Shown here piece after piece: positions 1 to 5,084 of a stretch of 5,791 bases of DNA; position 1 is the first letter of the stretch, and each line of letters opens with the position of its first letter. The DNA lies in the NCBI GenBank assembly GCA_003345555.1, contig PRDJ01000072.1:1-5791 (forward strand), given 5' to 3'. The stretch comes from Candidatus Thorarchaeota archaeon (GTDB lineage: Archaea > Asgardarchaeota > Thorarchaeia > Thorarchaeales > Thorarchaeaceae). The notes beneath the pieces are model-generated. The model was not told the DNA's origin and ran no database searches. It saw only the letters and a program-made list of their open reading frames with translations. The translations under genes were made by a program, and so were the position numbers.

Positions 1-103
1 GAGCGGTGTAGACATGCTCTCCAGAGACATATACAATGTCGCCAACTTTCAACTTCCTTGCATCGGCCTCTGAGATGGGTGTTGTCAGATGATACTCTGG
101 CAC
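1..103 (-). CDS. fumB: Class I Fe-S fumarate hydratase / tartrate dehydratase beta subunit, N-terminal part (truncated by the window edge)
   Basis: Not in the ORF track. Manual translation from GTG at 103 gives MPEYHLTTPISEADARKLKVGDIVYVSGEHVYTA(R), matching the typical beta-subunit start (L.TP.S..D.RKL.VGD.VY.SG..YTARD). It begins 1 nt after the alpha-subunit TAA and has GGAGG 8 nt upstream. The symbol is used in the archaeal two-subunit sense. Confidence 0.9.
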   Translation of the reverse strand, partial: MPEYHLTTPISEADARKLKVGDIVYVSGEHVYTA

Positions 104-104
104 T

Positions 105-989
105 TTACTTCCCTCCCGGATGAGTCAGGTACCTAACCTTGAGATCCTTCGAAATCACCGCCGTGCTCCTTCTGGCAGCCCAGCACTGGACAGCAACACC
201 AACCGGAAGGCTAGCGGGATGACGCATTGCATAACCGATCTTCACTGCCAAGACGGTTGTCTTGCCCCCGAGTCCCATTGGCCCGATGCCTGTTGCATTG
301 AGCGCATCCAGGAGATCCTTTTCGAGCTTCGACACTTCGGGTTCAGGGTGACTGTCACCCAGCGGTCTTAGTAGCTGCTGCTTCGCTATCTTGATGGAAA
401 TGTCGGCTCCTCCACCAATGCCTACGCCAATTATGTTTGGCGAGCATGCTTCACCCATGTATTTCATTGCGTTGTCAACTATGAGTTTCTTCACTCCGGC
501 GAGACCGGCACCGGGCTTGAGCATGCCTACTATCGAGACATTTTCACTGCCCCCGCCCTTTGGAAAAACAGTCATCTCCAGCGAATCGCCTGGCACAATC
601 TCCCAATTAATCCAAGGGATCTTCTCGCCTGTGTTATCATTCGAGTTCACTCCTTTGAAAGGATGGACTGCGTTCGGTCTCAGCGGAATTTGCTCGGTCG
701 CCTTCCTTGTCGCCGATATCAGTGCTTCTTGGATGGCATCAATGTAAGGGAATTTGGTTCCGACTTTCACGTAATAGATAATGACCCCTGTGTCCTGACA
801 CATTGGAATTCCTGTCGCAGCAATCTCCAAATTGGAGAGAATCGCTGAGAGCTGTGTCTTTGCGGTCGGGTCGTCCTCGTTCTCGTATGCTGTTCTGAGA
901 GCCGCCTCAACATCACTCGGCAGTTTAGTCACTGCCATTTTCAGCATGCGGACCGCCGTATCCTGGATTACCTGACTCGCATCAGTCAT
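105..989 (-). CDS. fumA: Class I Fe-S fumarate hydratase / L-tartrate dehydratase alpha subunit
   Basis: 294 aa with family motifs PMCQDTG, LRPNAVHP, NSNDNTG, KGGGSEN, ACSP, GVGIGG, GIGPMGLGGKTTVL and RHPASLPV..VQCWAAR. Three candidate Fe-S cysteine ligands are present. Substrate (fumarate, tartrate or mesaconate) cannot be fixed from sequence alone. Confidence 0.93.
   Translation of the reverse strand: MTDASQVIQDTAVRMLKMAVTKLPSDVEAALRTAYENEDDPTAKTQLSAILSNLEIAATGIPMCQDTGVIIYYVKVGTKFPYIDAIQEALISATRKATEQIPLRPNAVHPFKGVNSNDNTGEKIPWINWEIVPGDSLEMTVFPKGGGSENVSIVGMLKPGAGLAGVKKLIVDNAMKYMGEACSPNIIGVGIGGGADISIKIAKQQLLRPLGDSHPEPEVSKLEKDLLDALNATGIGPMGLGGKTTVLAVKIGYAMRHPASLPVGVAVQCWAARRSTAVISKDLKVRYLTHPGGK
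112..116 (-). promoter_or_regulatory. Shine-Dalgarno GGAGG for the beta subunit, embedded in the last codons of the alpha subunit
   Basis: Minus strand reads ccgGGAGGgaagTAAaGTG, consistent with translational coupling. Confidence 0.65.
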
Positions 990-1027
990 AATTATCAGCT
1001 TCGCCGTATCGCTCCACGAGAATTGGC

Positions 1028-1059
1028 AAGACCTGTCCCCGCGGGGTGACTGCTGTCTT
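1028..1059. other. GC-rich imperfect stem-loop upstream of the fumarase alpha gene
   Basis: AAGAC(1028-1032) pairs with GTCTT(1055-1059); GTC pairs with GAC and CCC with GGG around the CCCCGCGGGG core. Confidence 0.4.
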
Positions 1060-1134
1060 CAAAACGCACCTAATCTGTATTGCTGTGTGTTAGAGAATCG
1101 TTGGGATATGGTGGACCCGACATCCGGGAGATGG

Positions 1135-1140
1135 TTATAT
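1135..1140. promoter_or_regulatory. Putative archaeal TATA box (TTATAT on +, ATATAA on -) in the fumA/peptidase divergent region
   Basis: Best TATA-like hexamer noticed in the 223-bp intergenic region; about 70 nt before the peptidase ATG. Confidence 0.4.
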
Positions 1141-1164
1141 CGCGCCATTCTGTACTCTCGAGCG

Positions 1165-1181
1165 GTGCTTTCAGAAAGCAC
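1165..1181. promoter_or_regulatory. Perfect 8-1-8 inverted repeat GTGCTTTC-A-GAAAGCAC, candidate operator
   Basis: Exact palindrome 25 nt downstream of TTATAT, where a plus-strand transcription start would be expected. Confidence 0.45.
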
Positions 1182-1212
1182 AACAAGACATGCAGCCGAA
1201 GAATGAGTAATC

Positions 1213-1695
1213 ATGATCCCGTATCTATCGATATCATCCCTCCTGTCACTACTGACCGCGGTGGTGCTCTTGGCTGCGTATAGCTATCTAGACATACGCA
1301 ATCGCCATGTTCCAAATAGCGCCGCATTGTTCGGAGGAGCCTTTGCTCTTGCAGTAGTCATCTTGTCTGGTCATCTACTGGCCCAGCCCCTGCTTCACTT
1401 GTCGGCGGTCATCTTCGTACCTATGCTCTCGTACTTCTTGTTTAGGATTGGTGCTTTTGGAGGGGCAGATGTGAAGATTCTATCAGTTGTTGCGATTGCG
1501 AGCCCGGGCTTTGAGCTGTTGGAGCTGGACAACCCATTGTTTGAATCCATCTTGTCCGCAGGTATACAGATGCTGTTCATGCTGCTCGGTGGCTATCTCT
1601 ACGCACGAACCGTCAGAAATCATGCAAATTCGCCGCCACTGATTCCATTCTTCCTCCTAGGATATCTTACAATACAGATATTGTCTATGGCTTAA
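1213..1695 (+). CDS. Compact A24-family (prepilin/preflagellin-type, GxGD) intramembrane aspartic peptidase
   Basis: 160 aa, very hydrophobic. First catalytic Asp in SYLD27IRNRHVPN, second in GAFGGAD86VKIL, and a C-terminal PPLIPFFLLGY motif typical of A24 peptidases. Confidence 0.88.
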   Translation: MIPYLSISSLLSLLTAVVLLAAYSYLDIRNRHVPNSAALFGGAFALAVVILSGHLLAQPLLHLSAVIFVPMLSYFLFRIGAFGGADVKILSVVAIASPGFELLELDNPLFESILSAGIQMLFMLLGGYLYARTVRNHANSPPLIPFFLLGYLTIQILSMA

Positions 1696-1727
1696 CTTCC
1701 CAGAATGCCAGACCCGACGAAGGCTAT

Positions 1728-2063
1728 CTACGTAAGAAGTTCAGGAGGAACCGCGAATGCGTAGAAGAGAGTCCAGAGTACCACCCACATCAATAGGTAA
1801 GACCCAAGGGAGTTCAGGATGAGCTTCTGTCGTCCGCCCATGACACTAGGGTTCACATCTAAGATGTATACAATGAAGAATATTGTGAGTACGTACATGA
1901 GCGCGCCAAAGAGGAGCCCTCTCAATCCTGCAAGCATCTGCCCACCCGCGGCGCAGATTAGAGCACTCAGGATGGCAAAGAACATCTTCACGTAGAAAGT
2001 CTGATCCTGAGGGCGCTTTTCCCATCTGCCAAACATCCGTTTGAAGACAGACTTGTAGCTCAC
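1728..2063 (-). CDS. EMC6/RAB5IF(OPTI)-family three-TM membrane protein
   Basis: 111 aa, GTG start with GGTGAG 5 nt upstream. Basic amphipathic N-terminus and three hydrophobic segments. Motifs WEKRPQDQTFYVKMFFAIL, GLRGLLFG and ILDVNPSVMGG..L...LGSYLLMWVVLWTLFY parallel the recalled human RAB5IF and EMC6 sequences. Confidence 0.75.
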   Translation of the reverse strand: MSYKSVFKRMFGRWEKRPQDQTFYVKMFFAILSALICAAGGQMLAGLRGLLFGALMYVLTIFFIVYILDVNPSVMGGRQKLILNSLGSYLLMWVVLWTLFYAFAVPPELLT

Positions 2064-2068
2064 GTTTT

Positions 2069-2074
2069 CTCACC
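2069..2074 (-). promoter_or_regulatory. Shine-Dalgarno GGTGAG for the OPTI/EMC6-like gene
   Basis: Minus strand reads accGGTGAGaaaacGTG, an archaeal-type RBS. Confidence 0.65.
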
Positions 2075-2104
2075 GGTCGGACTAGGGAGCCTCGGCTGAC
2101 CAAG

Positions 2105-2110
2105 TTATAA
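2105..2110. promoter_or_regulatory. Putative self-complementary TATA box TTATAA between the OPTI-like gene and rqc2
   Basis: Matches the archaeal TTAWAW consensus. About 40 nt upstream of the minus-strand GTG, which would put a start site near 2080, just ahead of the RBS. Confidence 0.55.
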
Positions 2111-2112
2111 TG

Positions 2113-2141
2113 GTATCGCTCACAATTGTGACCAGCGATAC
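2113..2141. promoter_or_regulatory. 29-bp quasi-palindrome GTATCGCT-CACAATTGTG-ACC-AGCGATAC
   Basis: 8-bp outer arms are exact reverse complements, the inner 10 bp are self-complementary, and there is a 3-nt bulge. It starts 2 nt after the TTATAA box. Confidence 0.5.
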
Positions 2142-2306
2142 GACGTTATCGAAGAGAATTAATGGACAATGATATACCGACAAGTAAGGAATCACAGATA
2201 GAGATTCGTGGAAGAGGTTTCTGGGTCATACCTCCAGTTTACTTCCCCATGACACATACAAGGATTCGAGAGCCCAAGGGTTCTACGTCAGGCTGGCGAC
2301 TGCTAG

Positions 2307-4322
2307 ATGAAAGATGCGATGAGCAACGTTGACATTATGTTGGTACTTCCTGAGATAAGGAAGGCCATAGAAGGGGCATTTGTCAAGAACATCTACCTTC
2401 ATGGTCACGTCTTTGTGTTCAAACTGTACCAACCCTCAGGTGGTAATGCCCAGCTCCTAATTGAACCGGGCCGTAGAATACATCTCACTGAGTTTCACAG
2501 AGTTGCTCAGAAGCAGCCAACAAAGTTCGTGACTGTGCTACGCAAGTATCTGAGAGATAAGAGAATAGTCAGTGTTAAGCAACATGGGCTAGATCGTATT
2601 GTCGTGTTTGAAACAGGCGACGAATCAGGAACATACAAGCTGGTGGCCGAGCTCTTCGGAGATGGCAATCTGATACTTCTGGATCCTCAAGACGCAATCT
2701 TCGTGGCGATGCGCTACAAGAGAATGCGTGATCGCGATTTGGTGCCGAAGGCCAAGTATGAATTGCCGCCACAAAGAGGAATAGATCTGTTCGCGCTCGA
2801 AGGACAATCTCTCAAGGAGACTATATCGGATTCGAAAGCGAACGTTGTACGGACACTGGCCAGCCGTCTTAACTTAGATGCACTGAGTTGTGAAGAGATA
2901 TGCGCGCTTTCAGCCGTGCCGCCAACGGTTATGGTATCAGACCTTGATGATCAGTCTTTTCATAATCTTGAGAGAGGACTGCATTCATTTGGTGAGAAAC
3001 TCAAGACAGGTGCCAATGGCCCATGCCTAGTCTTTGAGGAGAGCGAGCAGTCAGACGCGGAGAGTGCTCCATTAGCATTCCTTCCATTCGAGTTTGCGTT
3101 CTATCACGGACTGCAGACAAAGCAGTTTGATACATTCAGTCAGGCGATTGACGAGTTCTTCGGGGTATCACCCCTTGAAGAGGCCGAAGGAGAAACTAAT
3201 GACAAACTAACGGAGGAGAAACTCCGATTACAGACGATTATCGACAAACAACAGGAGAGCCTTTCGCTTCTCAGGAAGAACTCAGAGGTACTGAGGAAAG
3301 AGGGAGAACTCATCTATGCAAACTTCCAAGTCGTACAGGAGATGCTGGAGTCAGTCACAGGAGCTCGATTACGAGGGCAGGATTGGGATGAGATAGTCCG
3401 TAGAATCGAAAAGGGAAAGAAGGAAGGTGTCCAATCAGCAGCCCTGATAGACCGAATCATACCTTCGCAGGCACAAATCATCATGAATCTGGGCGAGACC
3501 AAAGTAGCTCTTGACGTAAGGCTTTCGGCACAGGACAATGCAGCGGCGTCTTACGATAAAGCAAAGAAGATGGAGGCAAAGGCGGAGGGCGCTGAAAGTC
3601 AAATCGAGAAAACGCGTATACAGCTCACCCAGATGCAGGTACCAGTACGGCCAGCACCTACAAAGGCACTGCCCAGCAAGCTTAGGAAAAAGAAGTGGTA
3701 TGAGAGATACCGCTGGTTCATGTCCTCAGAAGGCTTCTTAGTATTGGGTGGTAGAGATATCAAGAGCAATGAGCAGCTGGCTAAAAGACAGATGACTGCA
3801 AATGACATCTTCTTTCATGCATCACTTCACGGTGCGCCATATGTCATTGTTAAGGTCCCAGATCAACCGCCTACCGAACGGACTCTAGTTGAGGCGGCGC
3901 AGTTTGCCGTTGCGTTTTCCAGCGCATGGCAAGACGGACTCTCCTCTGGTGATGCATTCTGGGTCAATCCAGAGCAAGTAAGCTTCACACCGCCAACCGG
4001 TGAATACCTCCCACCAGGCGGGGTCATGCTCTATGGTACGAAGAACTACATAAGAGATGTCCCAGTGGAGATATCTGTAGGAGTAGTAGTCGAGGGGGAC
4101 TTTGCCACGCCGATATCAGGACCGACATCTGCAATTGCGGGCAATACAATCTATCACGTAAGGATTGTTCCCGGCAAGACCAAGAAAAGCCAGCTGGTCA
4201 AGGATATAGTAGGACGCTTGGTGAGGATGGCACCTCGGGAAATGGCCCCCCTTATTACCCGCATACCTCAAGAGGACATGATGCAGGTTCTTCCTCCTGG
4301 TGACGGGGAGATACTTCTCTGA
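2307..4322 (+). CDS. rqc2: Ribosome quality control factor Rqc2/NEMF/RqcH (NFACT family), archaeal type
   Basis: 671 aa. NFACT-N (MSNVD9I, QHGLD96R97IVVF, ELFGDGNLIL), HhH-like segment, coiled coil, DVRLSAQDNAAASY, NFACT-R (KKWYERYRWFMSSEGFLVLGGRD..SNEQL, HASLHGA, QVS.TPPTGEYL, KNYI) and an NFACT-C-like end (GP.SA...YHVRIVPGKTKKS). An in-frame TAG directly before the ATG fixes the 5' limit. Confidence 0.95.
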   Translation: MKDAMSNVDIMLVLPEIRKAIEGAFVKNIYLHGHVFVFKLYQPSGGNAQLLIEPGRRIHLTEFHRVAQKQPTKFVTVLRKYLRDKRIVSVKQHGLDRIVVFETGDESGTYKLVAELFGDGNLILLDPQDAIFVAMRYKRMRDRDLVPKAKYELPPQRGIDLFALEGQSLKETISDSKANVVRTLASRLNLDALSCEEICALSAVPPTVMVSDLDDQSFHNLERGLHSFGEKLKTGANGPCLVFEESEQSDAESAPLAFLPFEFAFYHGLQTKQFDTFSQAIDEFFGVSPLEEAEGETNDKLTEEKLRLQTIIDKQQESLSLLRKNSEVLRKEGELIYANFQVVQEMLESVTGARLRGQDWDEIVRRIEKGKKEGVQSAALIDRIIPSQAQIIMNLGETKVALDVRLSAQDNAAASYDKAKKMEAKAEGAESQIEKTRIQLTQMQVPVRPAPTKALPSKLRKKKWYERYRWFMSSEGFLVLGGRDIKSNEQLAKRQMTANDIFFHASLHGAPYVIVKVPDQPPTERTLVEAAQFAVAFSSAWQDGLSSGDAFWVNPEQVSFTPPTGEYLPPGGVMLYGTKNYIRDVPVEISVGVVVEGDFATPISGPTSAIAGNTIYHVRIVPGKTKKSQLVKDIVGRLVRMAPREMAPLITRIPQEDMMQVLPPGDGEILL

Positions 4323-4404
4323 GCTCAACATCGTCATCTGACGCCAAGCAAGTCTTAGAGCTTTGCCTCAATCATTGTCAGTCCGCTGCCGACAACACAG
4401 ACAG

Positions 4405-4415
4405 ACTTAATAAGT
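4405..4415 (+). promoter_or_regulatory. Putative TATA box TTAATA (4407-4412) within a short palindrome ACTTA-A-TAAGT, upstream of the CBS genes
   Basis: Best AT-rich hexamer in the 172-bp gap after rqc2; about 85 nt before the CBS ATG. Confidence 0.35.
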
Positions 4416-4481
4416 TGGCCTAGGGAAACGGTTACAGAATCAGTCTGACCCGGCTAGTGTAGGGGTCATTCTCTAGCGGAC

Positions 4482-4487
4482 GGAGGT
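4482..4487 (+). promoter_or_regulatory. Shine-Dalgarno GGAGGT
   Basis: 7 nt before the ATG at 4495. Confidence 0.7.
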
Positions 4488-4494
4488 CGTTTCT

Positions 4495-5061
4495 ATGGCT
4501 GAAGGTTCACACGATATGTCTGTGAGGGACATCATGACTTCTGATGTGGTCACGATGTCACCCGACGACTCGGCCCTCGAAGTTGCGAAATCGATGAACA
4601 AGGCAGATATCAGTTCCATCATCATAGTAAGCAAAGCAAGACCCGTCGGTATCATAACCGAGGAGGACTTGGTGCGAAGGGTGATTGCAAGAGAGCTGGA
4701 GCCCGAGTCGACCAAAGCGAGTCAGATTATGAGCTCGCCGCTCATACATGTCACTTTGGATACATCTCTGACTGATGCGATGCGCGTGATGGCACGAAGC
4801 GGGATTCGAAGAGTTGCTGTGCTGAAGAACGATTCTCTCGTGGGTATTGTGACTTCAAGAGATATCCTTCGATGGTCCCCAGAGCTCATCGATATCTTGG
4901 TTGAGTCGCTGAGGATGAAAACCAGCGGAGTGTCTAGGCGTTACGACGAAGAGGAAGATGACATGGTAGCCTACGGAGGTATCTGTGATAGCTGCGGCGA
5001 GTACTCCACGGACCTTGTTATGGAAGACGGCAGGTACTTGTGCGAGGCGTGCCGTAGCTAG
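4495..5061 (+). CDS. CBS-pair (Bateman module) protein with C-terminal Cys4 metal-binding knuckle
   Basis: Two CBS repeats (VRDIMTSDVVTMSPDDS...PVGIITEEDLV; ASQIMSSPLIHV...RRVAV...LVGIVTSRDIL), an acidic linker DEEEDD, then CDSC-x15-CEAC at the C-terminus. Confidence 0.9.
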   Translation: MAEGSHDMSVRDIMTSDVVTMSPDDSALEVAKSMNKADISSIIIVSKARPVGIITEEDLVRRVIARELEPESTKASQIMSSPLIHVTLDTSLTDAMRVMARSGIRRVAVLKNDSLVGIVTSRDILRWSPELIDILVESLRMKTSGVSRRYDEEEDDMVAYGGICDSCGEYSTDLVMEDGRYLCEACRS

Positions 5062-5084
5062 CTCGATTTATTAGCAGCATCCGA

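Noticed and set aside
120-848. Plus-strand ORFs 120-371, 391-747 and 663-848
   Set aside because: Antisense shadows of the well-supported fumarase alpha gene, with no recognisable motifs.
1037-1046. CCCCGCGGGG recalls type I-E CRISPR repeat cores
   Set aside because: Single copy with no repeat-spacer periodicity and no cas genes.
1080-1580. ORFs 1080-1283 (+) and 1395-1580 (-)
   Set aside because: They overlap the promoter region or the A24 peptidase, have no RBS or motifs, and are short enough to be chance.
1696-1727. Expected terminator between the convergent peptidase and OPTI-like genes
   Set aside because: No oligo-T tract or hairpin on either strand, so no terminator was called.
1846-2103. 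85-aa minus-strand ORF with several cysteines
   Set aside because: An alternative frame over the OPTI-like gene, which has the better RBS and family resemblance.
2109-2127. AATGGTATCGCTCACAATT resembles the E. coli lac operator (CGCTCACAATT half-site)
   Set aside because: Only an 11-nt exact match inside a native-looking archaeal intergenic region with no other vector sequence; treated as coincidence, not contamination.
2575-4337. Short ORFs within rqc2 on both strands
   Set aside because: Shadow frames of a conserved 671-aa gene.
4446-4468. TGACCC...GGGTCA 6-bp inverted repeat in the CBS leader
   Set aside because: Short stem with an 11-nt loop, within chance expectation.
4320-4494. Possible selenocysteine readthrough of the rqc2 TGA, or a SECIS element (Asgard archaea can use Sec)
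   Set aside because: The stop falls at the expected family C-terminus and no SECIS-like structure was recognised.
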